Shown: in pieces, positions 30,136 through 40,533 of the stretch
Numbering within the stretch: position 1 is the stretch's first letter
Layout: each line of letters starts with the position of its first letter
The notes under the pieces: generated by a model
What the model was told of the DNA's origin: nothing
What the model saw: only the letters and a program-made list of their open reading frames with translations
Database searches by the model: none
Source: a virus
Virus record (IMG/VR): IMGVR_UViG_3300044612_000719
Coordinates: 1 to 64,000 of that record
Strand: one strand, 5' to 3'
DNA length: 64,000 nt
Translations under genes and position numbers: made by a program

Positions 30136-30711
30136 TTACGCTTGTGGAGGAAGTGTTGCCTCGTAGTCAAGAACTGCCTGTGGCATTACCTTGCCTTCGG
30201 TAAAACGGATGTGCCAACTTTCAGCACCTGGCATGTCCACTACTTCATGGCTAAAACCAAACTTCTGTTCGTTAGCCAATAGCCAGTCCATGATCTTCTT
30301 GTTGCCAGTGTTGGCAATGTCAATGGCGATACCGAGCATGTGACGTGAGCAGGTCTTAGCGTCATCGTTAGGAGCCGCTAGAGGAGCGTTGCCCTTCTTC
30401 AAGTACCACTTCACACCATTCCATGTGCGGGTTGAGGCTCCTGGAATTAACTCTTTCTGGTAGCGGGTGAGAAATCCTTGGGTCTGGGTTTGGATACTGC
30501 GGAATGTGTCCCCTGCTGAAGTCGGAGCCAACTTGACTCCATCTGCTGCGGCGGCTGCCTTCATTGCCTCAAAGGCACGAGCGGCACAATGGTGCATCTG
30601 ACCACCCACAGATAACTTGCGAAGCATCGCAGGCGTGATCTGAGAAGGCTTCTTACCTTCTAGGTGCTCACAGAATTTGATAGGGACTACGGGCCAAGGC
30701 ATCTTTGTCAT
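30136..30711 (-). CDS. Endolysin, M15 family Zn peptidase
   Basis: AFEAMKAAA, FRSIQTQ, SRHMLGIAID, ESWHI. Confidence 0.85.
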   Translation of the reverse strand: MTKMPWPVVPIKFCEHLEGKKPSQITPAMLRKLSVGGQMHHCAARAFEAMKAAAAADGVKLAPTSAGDTFRSIQTQTQGFLTRYQKELIPGASTRTWNGVKWYLKKGNAPLAAPNDDAKTCSRHMLGIAIDIANTGNKKIMDWLLANEQKFGFSHEVVDMPGAESWHIRFTEGKVMPQAVLDYEATLPPQA

Positions 30712-30811
30712 GGCACCATTTTACACCAACACTAGGCAACGGGAACGTAAAGTTCCTCAGATAGTGCCAGAGCCTTGTGTTAATTAGGGGATTTAGCCAT
30801 TTCGCTAACAA

Positions 30812-31396
30812 TTACTTCATAGTTAGGTTTATATTCAAAACTCTTCTATATGGGTGAACCATAGGATTTGTAGCAGAATGCCATGTCTTCGCTGGGAAGA
30901 TTACCAATGAATTAGCGGATGGGGTTTGACGGTGGATTATTTCTTCTCTATCTTCTGCGTAAAAAACTGTGTCACCGTCAACTGAATCAAAATAAAAGAC
31001 CCCAGTAAACATTTTGTCAATGTTGTCCAAGTGCCTTTCCCTATCAACATGTGGTCTTGGTGGGGGTATCTTGTTGTAGTTTTCCATAAGGTTTAAGTGC
31101 ATTGAATAAACATTACTTATTTCCGAATTTAACTTATCTGCCATAATCCATGCAATTGGTAAAAATAAATGCACCCAATCTGAATTACTTTCTCCATCCT
31201 TTATCAAACTATGTCTAAAGCCATGGTTGATAGAGTCTGTATTATTCTTTGAGCCATATGTTGTGTCTGGTTGAAAGAACCATGGAAAGTTTGGCGATGA
31301 AATTGCATCTAGGCCATTTTTAAAATGCGTTGGACTTAAAAGATTACTAAAGAATCTAATATTCTCCGACAATGATCCATTCCAATTTTGATTCAT
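30812..31396 (-). CDS. 2OG-Fe(II) oxygenase
   Basis: FPWFF, PHVD (HxD), YFDSVDGDTVF, WHSA (distal His), RRVLN. Confidence 0.85.
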   Translation of the reverse strand: MNQNWNGSLSENIRFFSNLLSPTHFKNGLDAISSPNFPWFFQPDTTYGSKNNTDSINHGFRHSLIKDGESNSDWVHLFLPIAWIMADKLNSEISNVYSMHLNLMENYNKIPPPRPHVDRERHLDNIDKMFTGVFYFDSVDGDTVFYAEDREEIIHRQTPSANSLVIFPAKTWHSATNPMVHPYRRVLNINLTMK

Positions 31397-31721
31397 CCCA
31401 GTTATAGATTACCCCCTCAATAGGGTTTTCATTCGCTTTAGGTGGTACCCAGTCATTATTTTCATTAAGAGTCCAGGATGGGTATGGTTGAAATCTAACG
31501 AATTCATCCCTAATCTCATCATAGGAAAACCCAATACTTGGATATTCCTTACGAATTCTGTTATTGAAAGAACATTGTACCCAGCGGCCTTGTTTTATTG
31601 TATTGCAAAAATCAATACCCTTCTGTTCGTTTTCAACACCATCAAGCAATAATTCGTTATTGTGAACAGCAATAATATTTATTACAATATTGTTTTCGTC
31701 TAGTTCTGCAAAATAAGCCAT
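31356..31721 (-). CDS. Fibre-associated small protein, MA[HY][FY]A family copy 1
   Basis: True start MAYFAELDENNIV at 31721; paralog of 34141 and 43046. Confidence 0.75.
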   Translation of the reverse strand: MAYFAELDENNIVINIIAVHNNELLLDGVENEQKGIDFCNTIKQGRWVQCSFNNRIRKEYPSIGFSYDEIRDEFVRFQPYPSWTLNENNDWVPPKANENPIEGVIYNWDESKLEWIIVGEY

Positions 31722-33313
31722 TAGAATGTAATACTCCCTGAACCAGTCCAAACATAAACATGAAAACCAGGACGAGATGTGGTGCTGTATGAAGGACTCC
31801 CAGTCGTTGCTACAGCAGGGGCAAATGTAGTTGAATAAGCAATAACACATTCGCCACCACCGCCAGCGCCCGTGCCACCACCGCCCCAAACGTTAGCATC
31901 GGCAGAACCTCCGCCTCCGCCTCCACCTACACCATTACCGCCAGATGTAAGACCATTGTTTACTCCTGCGGCTCCTCCTGCTCCATAACTTGCACCGTAT
32001 CCAGCACCATATCTAACTGCACCACCACCGCCACCGCCCCATCCAACAGTTGTGCCTCTTATGGTTGGAGCAGCAGAGGTACCACCAGTACCAACACCGC
32101 CGTTGTAACCTCCACCGTTTCCGTTTCCTGTAATGGAATAACCCAAACCAGTTGCTGTAACTGTTGCGCCAAGAGCCGCACTAGATGTAGCACCTTGTCC
32201 TCCAACGGTTATTGTGTATGCAATACCTGACGACACTGGGGTATTAAGGTTTGCAACAGAAGCACCACCGCCACCGCCTCTATATCCAACAGGTGTGAAT
32301 TGCCAATATTCGCCCTGGCTGCCACCTGCTCCAACAAGAACCTGAACAGAAGTTGGGGCTGGCCTATTAGTGGTTGCGTTAACTCCAGCAGACTGCGGTC
32401 CTACGCCATAAGCGTTTTTGGCCCGAACATAGAAAGTGTAAGTCGTACTTGCCGTTAATCCAGTGACGGTTATTGGGCTTGCCGTTGTGTTGTTCCAAGA
32501 GTTTGTTTGCCCTGCAACATACAAATCCCAACCAGTCACCGTACCGCAACCAGTAGCCGTAAATGAAACTACTACTGATGTGGCGGTAATAGTTCCAATG
32601 GTAATAACTGGTGTACATGTAGGAACACCCTCGGTTGTAAAGGAAACACCAGTAGATCCAGGACCAACACCATAAGAGTTAACTCCACGAAGGTACACGG
32701 TGTACGCAGTATTTTGCGTAAGCCCAGAAACAGTTACAGGACTTACAGCGTCTGCTGGTGAAAGCGCAGCCCATGTTGAGTTATTAAACGAATACTCATA
32801 GTTGGTTAGAGCAGTACTGCTTGCGGCGGCAGTAAAGGATATCGCCGCAGATGTGTTTACTGGAATTGCCGAAAGAGTAGTAGGGGCAGATGTTGGGATA
32901 CCTTGTGATGTAAAGGAAACTGGTGATGACTCAACATCACTAACGCCGACATCGTTTACAGCCTTTAATTTAATTAAGTAAGCAGTGTTTTGTGTAAGAC
33001 CAGTTACCGTGATTGGAGAAACACCGTCTGCTGGTGACAATGCAGCGTATGCACTATAAGTAGACCCACCATTTGAAGAAATTGCGTATTGGTAGTTGGT
33101 AATACTTGCGCCACCAGTATCCGTTGGTGCCGTAAACGAAATTGCTACGGATGTGTTAGCAGGGGTTGCTGATAGAGAAGTTGGAGCATTTTGGGGTGCG
33201 CTTACACCAACCCAGACCGAATGCACTTGCCCAGAATTAGTACGAATCCCACGTGGACTTAAATGGGTGGAAACCTGCTTCCCACCTTCAGTCTTTTTAT
33301 TAAACGCCACCAT
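31721..33313 (-). CDS. Fibronectin-III x3 plus Gly-rich fibre/adhesin protein
   Basis: Three FN3 repeats (TVTGLT..TAY...AVN..G), Gly-rich domain, C-terminal HVYVWTGSGSITF. Confidence 0.8.
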   Translation of the reverse strand: MVAFNKKTEGGKQVSTHLSPRGIRTNSGQVHSVWVGVSAPQNAPTSLSATPANTSVAISFTAPTDTGGASITNYQYAISSNGGSTYSAYAALSPADGVSPITVTGLTQNTAYLIKLKAVNDVGVSDVESSPVSFTSQGIPTSAPTTLSAIPVNTSAAISFTAAASSTALTNYEYSFNNSTWAALSPADAVSPVTVSGLTQNTAYTVYLRGVNSYGVGPGSTGVSFTTEGVPTCTPVITIGTITATSVVVSFTATGCGTVTGWDLYVAGQTNSWNNTTASPITVTGLTASTTYTFYVRAKNAYGVGPQSAGVNATTNRPAPTSVQVLVGAGGSQGEYWQFTPVGYRGGGGGASVANLNTPVSSGIAYTITVGGQGATSSAALGATVTATGLGYSITGNGNGGGYNGGVGTGGTSAAPTIRGTTVGWGGGGGGAVRYGAGYGASYGAGGAAGVNNGLTSGGNGVGGGGGGGSADANVWGGGGTGAGGGGECVIAYSTTFAPAVATTGSPSYSTTSRPGFHVYVWTGSGSITF

Positions 33314-33322
33314 GACAGCGCC

Positions 33323-33670
33323 TTAAGCGATTCGGTTAACGTATCCGCTTATCTGAATTGCGTTAGCGGCGGCGGCACAGAAAGCACGAACAACTGTTCC
33401 ACCAGTCAAAATAAGACCTGGAACAATCAGGTATAGACCATTTTGTGCCTTAACGGTGAATTCAATGTCATCATCTGTTGCCGTTGTTCCACCCCACTGG
33501 ATGGTCAGCAAGCGGTCTGTTGCGGTGTCATTAACGGCATACAACCAAATCTCATCCAATGCCGTTGCATGGGCTGTGTGGATAAGCGTTCCAGCGGAGG
33601 CTGTCGCCACAACCTTGATCTGCCTACCATTTGTTGAACCACTAAGGGTTGTTTTGCTATATGTTGCCAT
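33323..33670 (-). CDS. ~115-aa beta-sandwich fibre adaptor
   Basis: Same size and pattern as 39819 and 44408; same position in the cassette. Confidence 0.6.
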   Translation of the reverse strand: MATYSKTTLSGSTNGRQIKVVATASAGTLIHTAHATALDEIWLYAVNDTATDRLLTIQWGGTTATDDDIEFTVKAQNGLYLIVPGLILTGGTVVRAFCAAAANAIQISGYVNRIA

Positions 33671-33678
33671 AATTACGC

Positions 33679-34068
33679 CTAACTAAATATTCTTTGTGAT
33701 AATACAATTTGGTCGTCTTCCCAGCCAGTAATCTTTGTTGTTGCAATAGCCGCCGACGCATTAATATCTGCGTTCACAATCGTACCATCAGCAAGCATAG
33801 TGGATGTGATAGTTCCTGTTGGGGCGCTAAAAGTACCTGTAAAAGAAGCATTGTTCGTTGTGGCAAGGCCCGTCACTATGCCTGTACTGCCGTTTACTGA
33901 GATAACACCTGCTTGGTAGGAAAGGCTATTCCAGGCGGTTGAGCCATCACCAATTTTAAGTTTACCTGTGTCGGTTTCACCGCCCAGTTCACCAGCACCA
34001 AGAGTGGGGTTAGACGCCGTCCAGTTAGCCGCTGTATCTCTACGAATCAGTATTCGTCTAAATGCCAT
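33679..34068 (-). CDS. Short fibre stem with Mtd_N-like N-terminal domain
   Basis: RRDTAANWTASNPTLGAGELGGETDTGKLKIGDG. Confidence 0.8.
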   Translation of the reverse strand: MAFRRILIRRDTAANWTASNPTLGAGELGGETDTGKLKIGDGSTAWNSLSYQAGVISVNGSTGIVTGLATTNNASFTGTFSAPTGTITSTMLADGTIVNADINASAAIATTKITGWEDDQIVLSQRIFS

Positions 34069-34140
34069 TAGTCATCTCCAGAAGGGTTTTTATCTACCCA
34101 AGTATACAAGTTCTTTATCCTGCAATCGCTGTAATTACTA

Positions 34141-34485
34141 TCAGCCAGCGGGAATTGCGACCCATGCCAGAGTTTCTTCGTCCCAATAGAACTCCCCCTC
34201 TGGTCTAGGGTTTGGTGCTTGCCAGTCATGGTTGTCATCTAAAGACCAAGAAGGAAATGGTTGTGGCGCAACAAACACATCAGCGTCAGCATCATAAGTG
34301 AAACCAATACCTGCGTACTGTTTACGAATGTTGTTGTTGTATGAAGTGCGTTTACAGGTTTGTCCACGTATGTTTCCATAATGTGTTTCCCAATCGGAAA
34401 TACCATTTACAACTTCGGTTTCATTGCGACCAGTTATTACTTCTGTAACAATGTTGTTTTCATCTAAAAATGCGTAATGTGCCAT
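34141..34485 (-). CDS. Fibre-associated small protein, MA[HY][FY]A family copy 2
   Basis: MAHYAFLDENNIV...TSYNNNIRKQYAGIG...PFPSW...YWDE. Confidence 0.75.
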   Translation of the reverse strand: MAHYAFLDENNIVTEVITGRNETEVVNGISDWETHYGNIRGQTCKRTSYNNNIRKQYAGIGFTYDADADVFVAPQPFPSWSLDDNHDWQAPNPRPEGEFYWDEETLAWVAIPAG

Positions 34486-35849
34486 TAGAAAGAAACCGTT
34501 CCTGTTCCAGCCGTAAATGTGTAAACTCTGTACCCAGCACGGCTTACTGTGCTAACAGAGTATGTTAATCCTGCACCAATAGTGTTAATTTGAGGGAATG
34601 TACTTGGATATGCAATAATCACTATTCCAGAACCACCAGCACCTCCAATACGAGCCGCACCGCCAGAGCCTCCAGAACCACCACCACCTCCACCAGTGTT
34701 TGCGGACCCAGGATTACCAGCGTTAGCACCAACTCCATTACCACCACCGCCAGCACCACCTGAGCCGCCTGAAGTAAAACCACCAGCGCCTCCACCACCT
34801 GCACGAGTTACCGCAGAACCTGTTATTGATGAAGAGATTCCTGATCCACCGTTGCCGCCTTGGTTCGTTGAAACAGCGTTGGCACCGCTTCCACCAGCAC
34901 CTCCTCCGCCGCCTCCTGAACCATAACCACCATTACCACCACCTGTACCGTTGCCTCCAGCATTACCTTGACCAGCAGTACCAGCACCACCGACCATGCC
35001 TTGATAACCTTCACCGCCTCCGCCAGAGCCTCCAGAACCACCATTTCCAATTTCACTACCACCAAATCCACCACCAGTAGATGAAACACTGCTCAAAACA
35101 GAAGAAGAACCCTGTGATTGGGCTGCGCCACCCGCACCTACGGTAATGGTGAATCCACTAGTTGGTATTGCAAAACTAGCAGATGTTAAATACCCACCTG
35201 CACCACCACCACCGCTAGCATGTCCATTGCCAGCACCACCGCCACCAGCAACCACAAGATATTCAACATTGAATACTGTAGTGAATCCAACTCCTGCGGA
35301 TTGCGAACCAACACCGTAAGCGTTTTTGGGTCGCACGTACACCGTATAACTTGTTCCAGAAGTCAATCCAGTTAGGTTTTTTGGACTAGACGAAACACCT
35401 GCATCAACCCAACTTGTTAAGTAGTAGTCATACCCCGTTATTGCACTACCACCAGCGGTAGTTGAGAAGTTAACGGTTGCTGTTGTTGCTGTAATACTGC
35501 TTACTGACGAAATAGTTGTAGTTCCAGTAGGTGGTCCAAATGTTGTAAATGAAACAGCAGTTGAAGCAGGGCCAGACCCAACAATGTTTACAGCCCTCAA
35601 GTAGACGCTGTACGCAGTGTTTTGTGCCAAACCGCTAACCGTTACGGGAGAAGTAGCGTCCGCTGGGGATAGGGCAGTCCATGAAGAGTTGTTAAATGAA
35701 TACTCATAGTTGGTAATTGCAGCGCCACCGTCGTTTGTTGGTGCAGTAAACGAAATCGCTACGGATGTATCCGTAGGAATAGCACTTAATGAGGTTGGAG
35801 CATTGACTGGTTCTGAAGCGTATGAGTTGGCTACGCCAAGTATTTGCAT
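34485..35849 (-). CDS. Fibronectin-III x2 plus Gly-rich fibre/adhesin protein
   Basis: Start MQILGVANS at 35849; FN3 repeats; VEYLVVAGGG; GGSGIVIIAYP. Confidence 0.8.
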   Translation of the reverse strand: MQILGVANSYASEPVNAPTSLSAIPTDTSVAISFTAPTNDGGAAITNYEYSFNNSSWTALSPADATSPVTVSGLAQNTAYSVYLRAVNIVGSGPASTAVSFTTFGPPTGTTTISSVSSITATTATVNFSTTAGGSAITGYDYYLTSWVDAGVSSSPKNLTGLTSGTSYTVYVRPKNAYGVGSQSAGVGFTTVFNVEYLVVAGGGGAGNGHASGGGGAGGYLTSASFAIPTSGFTITVGAGGAAQSQGSSSVLSSVSSTGGGFGGSEIGNGGSGGSGGGGEGYQGMVGGAGTAGQGNAGGNGTGGGNGGYGSGGGGGGAGGSGANAVSTNQGGNGGSGISSSITGSAVTRAGGGGAGGFTSGGSGGAGGGGNGVGANAGNPGSANTGGGGGGSGGSGGAARIGGAGGSGIVIIAYPSTFPQINTIGAGLTYSVSTVSRAGYRVYTFTAGTGTVSF

Positions 35850-35851
35850 AA

Positions 35852-36634
35852 CTATGCCGCCGTATTGCCGACTAAAACCCACTCATCAGTACCAATTTTT
35901 ATCAACGTAGCCGCTGAGTATTGTCCGTTAAGTTTTAACTTAGAACCCTGAGAACGAATGGTTACACCTGCACCTCCAACAGTTACCTGACCAGCGCCAA
36001 GTTGCAGAATGTTCACTTGGTCGCCAATAGTAAAACCAACAACTGCATTAGTGGGTATAGTCAACGTGATTGCCGAAGCGTTGCTCAATGTAACCAAGTC
36101 ATGTGCGTCAGTAAGCGCAAGCGTGTACGTAGTTCCAGTTTGAGCATTTAAAGTTAAGCCAGTTAGTTCGGCAGAACCAACAGCCCTATCAGCGATCTTT
36201 GCTTGAGTGACAGCGTCTGATGCGAGCATTGCATTCGTTACTGTGGAGTTAGGCAATACAACAGTGCCCGTAAACGTGGGTGAAGCAAGTGGTGCTTTAG
36301 CATCAATCTGTGTTTGGATAGCAGAAGTAACACCATCCACATAACCAATCTCCGTGGATGTGACTGTTCCGATGGATGTAGTTGATGGTAAAACTACGGT
36401 TCCTGTAAATGTAGGACCAGCGGTTGTGGCAAGACCCGTTACTACACCTGTATTACCGTTCACCGAAGTAACGCCGCCTTGATAGGCGAGACTGTTCCAT
36501 GCGGTTGAACCGTTACCAAGTTTAAGTTTGCCTGTGTCGGTTTCCCCACCTAATTCACCAGACGCAAGAGTTGGGTTAGCCGCAGTCCAAGCCGCTGCCG
36601 TGTCCCTACGAATCAATATTCGTCTAACTGTCAT
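35852..36634 (-). CDS. Fibre protein with Mtd_N-like N-terminus and YTLxLxD C-terminal domain
   Basis: RRDTAAAWTAANPTL; ASPTFTGT repeats; C-terminus homologous to that of 17444-18610. Confidence 0.8.
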   Translation of the reverse strand: MTVRRILIRRDTAAAWTAANPTLASGELGGETDTGKLKLGNGSTAWNSLAYQGGVTSVNGNTGVVTGLATTAGPTFTGTVVLPSTTSIGTVTSTEIGYVDGVTSAIQTQIDAKAPLASPTFTGTVVLPNSTVTNAMLASDAVTQAKIADRAVGSAELTGLTLNAQTGTTYTLALTDAHDLVTLSNASAITLTIPTNAVVGFTIGDQVNILQLGAGQVTVGGAGVTIRSQGSKLKLNGQYSAATLIKIGTDEWVLVGNTAA

Positions 36635-36813
36635 TACGCACCACCACCATCGTCTACAAAGGAAAAATTAAGACTTGAATCGGAAAATCCTCCATCAGAC
36701 ACAGTCTCTGCAAGAACTTTCCATACCCCATCATAATATAGCCAAACCCTTCCACCTGATACGTATTCATCTCCAGAAGATGGGGAGTTAGGGAAATCAA
36801 GTGGTGTAGCCAT
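36634..36813 (-). CDS. 59-aa protein consisting mostly of the FPxSP module
   Basis: Read by hand: MATPLDFPNSPSSGDEYVSGGRVWLYYDGVW...DDGGGA; TAATG coupling to the next gene. Confidence 0.7.
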   Translation of the reverse strand: MATPLDFPNSPSSGDEYVSGGRVWLYYDGVWKVLAETVSDGGFSDSSLNFSFVDDGGGA

Positions 36814-36860
36814 TATGATTCCATTGTATCTTGGTTATAGATGGTAGTCATTAACTACCT

Positions 36861-37622
36861 TTAGAAATACGCCGTTATATAAATTGCGCCAGAACCACCA
36901 GCACCACCTGCTTGACCACTTGTTCCAGCAGCACCGCCTGCACCACCAGCACCGACTGAATACGAGTAACTAGCGGATGGTGCTGAAATTATTGCTTCTA
37001 CATATCCAGCCGCACTACCAGTTCCACCCATGCAAACTCTTGTTGCCCCTGCGCCAGCATTTGTTCCACCAGCACCAAATGCTCCTAGAGGAGTTCCTGG
37101 TCCAAACGAACCACCAGTGTAAACTTGCCGAGCAGTGTTGTATTGTGCAACGTTGATTCCGCCCGCACCGCCGAAAACAAAACCAGTTGCAGGCGAGTTA
37201 ACTGTTCCACTCCCAGGATTACCACAACCCTGCCCAGATGCCAAACCGATTCCACCACCAGTTGCGGTTAACAATGATGTGCCAAAGGTTGAAGTACCAC
37301 CAATGCTTCCAGCGCCTGCGTTTCCTGCACCGTCACCACCGCCAGAACCAGCACCGCCACCACCGCCACCTACCATTTGAATCTTCAAATACCTAGCGTT
37401 AGATGGGGTTGTATATGTTCCGCTTCCACTTGTGTAAACAGTTAATTGTGGGGTTGGCTCAGGAAAAACAACAGCCCAAATAGAACTGTTCCAAGCCATG
37501 ATTCTGTTTGTGTCAGTTTCATAAATAACTTGACCAACAAACGGTGAAGCAGGACGAGTAGACGACGTACACACACCAGGCTTAACAATGGACTGTGCGC
37601 CAACAACACTACTCAGAGGCAT
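36861..37622 (-). CDS. Gly-rich fibre tip with KPGVCTS..RP N-terminal module
   Basis: Start MPLSSVV at 37622; KPGVCTSSTRPASPFVGQVIYETDT. Confidence 0.75.
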   Translation of the reverse strand: MPLSSVVGAQSIVKPGVCTSSTRPASPFVGQVIYETDTNRIMAWNSSIWAVVFPEPTPQLTVYTSGSGTYTTPSNARYLKIQMVGGGGGGAGSGGGDGAGNAGAGSIGGTSTFGTSLLTATGGGIGLASGQGCGNPGSGTVNSPATGFVFGGAGGINVAQYNTARQVYTGGSFGPGTPLGAFGAGGTNAGAGATRVCMGGTGSAAGYVEAIISAPSASYSYSVGAGGAGGAAGTSGQAGGAGGSGAIYITAYF

Positions 37623-37794
37623 TAGGACTCCATTCTTCGGCGGTGTTACCTTCAGCAACCCACGCTAGATACTGCTGGTAGTCAGAGTTAGCAGGGTCGG
37701 TAGGGACATGGCTCATAACACCGCCACAAACCATGACTATTGCGTCAGGGTATCCAGCATTAGTGCGCTTAAACCATTCAACAATGTTTGTCAT
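37609..37794 (-). CDS. Small tail-fibre-assembly-like protein
   Basis: Start MTNIVEW at 37794; VPTDPANSDYQQYLAWVAEGN motif. Confidence 0.7.
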   Translation of the reverse strand: MTNIVEWFKRTNAGYPDAIVMVCGGVMSHVPTDPANSDYQQYLAWVAEGNTAEEWSPNASE

Positions 37795-38879
37795 AACTCT
37801 ATGCTCGCCGTGTATCTGCTCAAAATCATCATTCCATTTACGCCAGTAGTCCCACCAATACCACCAGCGACATATTGCCAACCGTCTGTGTTGACATCAA
37901 TAGATACTGGAGGGGTGATGTTATTTTGTCCAGTTCCGCCAGCATTTGCAATACTTATTTTGCCAGAATTTCCTGCCGAGTCAAAAACTGTAATTGTTGG
38001 TGCGGCTCGCATACTTACTGGGAACTTTGCAAAACTACAGTGAAAGTTTCCGCTGTTGAAAATGTTGTAATAAAGGGTAGTTGTGTTTTGTTCATAGTAG
38101 TACCGTTCGCATTTAGCAAGCGTTGTGCCGTAGTCTTCAAACTCAAATGGTGTAGCAACAGCACCAGCCTCAAGTTGAATACCAGTAATGTCAAAGGTTC
38201 CAGTAGCGTTTGCGGGAAAAGTAACAATAAAAGAAACTGAACTATTAGACGTAATTGTTTTACCCGATACAGAAGGCATAGTAAAACTCACGGAAAAGCG
38301 TTGCCAAGTTGAAGTAAAACTAAAGTTAGTTGAGTTTACCGCAACTGCACTAGAGCCACCTGTCCCAAACTCTTGATATGTTTGCCAGTTAACAGTCCTT
38401 GATGCGTCTGCTTTCCCGTAAAAACTTAACGTAACCGTTTGACCATTAAGTTTTCGTACATCTTCAATTCTGGAAAACATACCGTTCGTTGTTGAACCAG
38501 AACCAGCAACAGTAAAAGCAACACGCATATAGTTTGAAACATTCAAACCAGTAGGTTGGTCACCAGTAAAAGTCTGTTGGCTGATTGTTCGTGTTGCACC
38601 AGTGCCGTCGTAGTACATGAACCATCTGTCTGCGATAAAGGCTGCGTTAGCAGGGTTGCTGAACGAAGTCCCTCGTTGCCAAATCTTAAAGTCCCCGTTT
38701 ACAACCATGTTCCTGCCACCAGCGATAGGAGCCAACACAGTCCACTGTGTACCATCCCACACCGCAGTCTGGTCAACATCAGTCATATAAATAACCTGAC
38801 CATCAAACGGGGCAGACGGGCGGTTGCCTGAAGTACAGACTCCAGGCTTCAAGCCTTGTGTCGTAGCAGAAATCGTCAT
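37791..38879 (-). CDS. Fibre tip with KPGVCTS module and carbohydrate-binding-like domain
   Basis: RNMVVNGDFKIWQRG...ADRW...QLEAGAVATPFE...CERYY. Confidence 0.8.
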   Translation of the reverse strand: MTISATTQGLKPGVCTSGNRPSAPFDGQVIYMTDVDQTAVWDGTQWTVLAPIAGGRNMVVNGDFKIWQRGTSFSNPANAAFIADRWFMYYDGTGATRTISQQTFTGDQPTGLNVSNYMRVAFTVAGSGSTTNGMFSRIEDVRKLNGQTVTLSFYGKADASRTVNWQTYQEFGTGGSSAVAVNSTNFSFTSTWQRFSVSFTMPSVSGKTITSNSSVSFIVTFPANATGTFDITGIQLEAGAVATPFEFEDYGTTLAKCERYYYEQNTTTLYYNIFNSGNFHCSFAKFPVSMRAAPTITVFDSAGNSGKISIANAGGTGQNNITPPVSIDVNTDGWQYVAGGIGGTTGVNGMMILSRYTASIEL

Positions 38880-39130
38880 TGCTCTAAAAGACTCTCTTGT
38901 CTTTCTGCGGCAGATTGGATGTTGGCAGCAAGTACTACAGCGTCACGGTCAGCAGGAATTTCTGTAATAGTAGGGTCAGCCAACATACGTTGTACCTCTA
39001 TTTGGAAGATTTCCTCTATCGCTACACGGCAACGCTCTTTTACTGCGTTGTTAATCCAATCCTGTTGGTCAACAGCAACATATCCAAGCGCTTTATTTTC
39101 TGCTTCCGTAAGTGTGATTGTATATTCCAT
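38876..39130 (-). CDS. Small fibre-associated protein
   Basis: MEYTITLTEAENKAL...WINNAV; follows the C1q-like tip gene. Confidence 0.65.
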   Translation of the reverse strand: MEYTITLTEAENKALGYVAVDQQDWINNAVKERCRVAIEEIFQIEVQRMLADPTITEIPADRDAVVLAANIQSAAERQESLLEQ

Positions 39131-39186
39131 AAGTTTCCTTTATCCGAGTAAAAAAGTAATTACAGGGGTATGCCTAGTGTAAATCG

Positions 39187-39819
39187 TCATGAAATTAGCG
39201 CTCCTCTAAAAAATGTATGCTCATATTGCTGGAAAATTGTTCTTGCTTGACCATCAGACCAAGAAGCAACACCAAGTGTGTCACCAACATTTAAATAGAT
39301 ATTACTGGCACCAGCAAGAATGTTCCAGGTGTTCCCACCATCAAAAGCAAAAGTACGTTCTCTGCCTCCGTTGTATCTAAACCACACCTGAGAAACAAAT
39401 GCGTTTTGATAAATGCTTGCAGAAAATACGTAGTTTCCAGCCACGGGAGCAGTAAACAAACCAGTGGAAGTATTGAAATGAGAACCCACGTTGTATGAAG
39501 TTGCATTAAATACAACCGTGTTTCCGCCCGTATAACTTAAGTTTCCATTTCTAGTAGCAAGAAATGATGGTTGTGCGGTAGCAGTCAATACACCAGAAGC
39601 AACAGTAGTTGGAAGCGTTACCGTTCCAGTAAAAGTTGGCGATGCTGTGTTTGCCTTGCTTGGTGGGTACTCAACCCAAGCAGAACCAGTCCACACCTTT
39701 GCCAAAGTGGTATCGGTTTCGTAGATAATCTGACCGACATAAGGTGAACCAGGGCGTGTAGTACTAGTGCATACTCCTGGCTTTACTGAGCCAATACCGT
39801 AGCCTTCAGAAAAAGCCAT
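39187..39819 (-). CDS. Fibre tip with KPGVCTS module and C1q/TNF-like domain
   Basis: PSFLA...VVFN...NVGSHFNTSTGLFTAPVAGNYVF...FFRGALI. Confidence 0.8.
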   Translation of the reverse strand: MAFSEGYGIGSVKPGVCTSTTRPGSPYVGQIIYETDTTLAKVWTGSAWVEYPPSKANTASPTFTGTVTLPTTVASGVLTATAQPSFLATRNGNLSYTGGNTVVFNATSYNVGSHFNTSTGLFTAPVAGNYVFSASIYQNAFVSQVWFRYNGGRERTFAFDGGNTWNILAGASNIYLNVGDTLGVASWSDGQARTIFQQYEHTFFRGALIS

Positions 39820-40157
39820 TAGGCAGTCTGCTTCTCCCAGCCAACGGCTGTAACTGTTACTTTGGCGGCTGTATCTGATAAACCTTGTAATGTCTCACCA
39901 GCCGCTAGAACAATGGCTGTATCCCAGACCATAAGATCGTTTGCGCCAATAGGAAGCGCCGACATGATGCGGTTGGCGGCTGTAGCCGCTGAACCAATAG
40001 CCAATGTCACCGTACGGTCAACGGTATCCGTATTTGCAATGATTATTTGCTTAATGATGTCGGCATAGCCAGTTGCGGCTGTCACAATTGTGGTCGTAGA
40101 TGTGCCTAACTGGACTGGACCACCAAGCCGTGCTTCGTTTCTGTCTCCAATTGCCAC
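39819..40157 (-). CDS. ~112-aa beta-sandwich fibre adaptor
   Basis: IIKQIIIANTD...IVLAAGETL...VTAVG. Confidence 0.65.
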   Translation of the reverse strand: MAIGDRNEARLGGPVQLGTSTTTIVTAATGYADIIKQIIIANTDTVDRTVTLAIGSAATAANRIMSALPIGANDLMVWDTAIVLAAGETLQGLSDTAAKVTVTAVGWEKQTA

Positions 40158-40158
40158 G

Positions 40159-40533
40159 TCACGCTCCTATAGTCATAGTCATAATTGCACCTTCTGTAGT
40201 CGTTGAAAGACCACCAGAAGGAGGGATGATCGCCCATTTTACACCCGAAGTGGTAGACGAGTCAGCGGTCAACACATAGGAGTTAGATGCTCCAGCCGCT
40301 AGTTTTTCCGCCGTAATAGCATTTGTAGCAATTTTTGCTGTGGTAACAGAGTCACTAGCAAGTTTGGCATCAGTAACGGCAAGTGCGGCTATTTTTGCAG
40401 TAGTGACTGCATCAGTGGCAATTGCGGATTCGCCCAAGACGATAACCCATGCTGTGCCGTTATACATCCACGTTGTTGTTCCAACGGTGTATTGGTCGTT
40501 GTTTGACGGGGAGTTAGGGAAATCTATAGCCAT
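40159..40533 (-). CDS. Short fibre stem (FPxSP module, VTxAK[IL]A repeats)
   Basis: MAIDFPNSP; four VTxAK[IL]A repeats; VLTADS...GVKW. Confidence 0.7.
   Translation of the reverse strand: MAIDFPNSPSNNDQYTVGTTTWMYNGTAWVIVLGESAIATDAVTTAKIAALAVTDAKLASDSVTTAKIATNAITAEKLAAGASNSYVLTADSSTTSGVKWAIIPPSGGLSTTTEGAIMTMTIGA

Noticed and set aside
33679-36634. Diversity-generating retroelement suggested by the Mtd_N-like domains
   Set aside because: No reverse transcriptase, Avd or adenine-specific TR/VR repeat pair was seen in the window. Mtd_N is only a structural N-terminal module.
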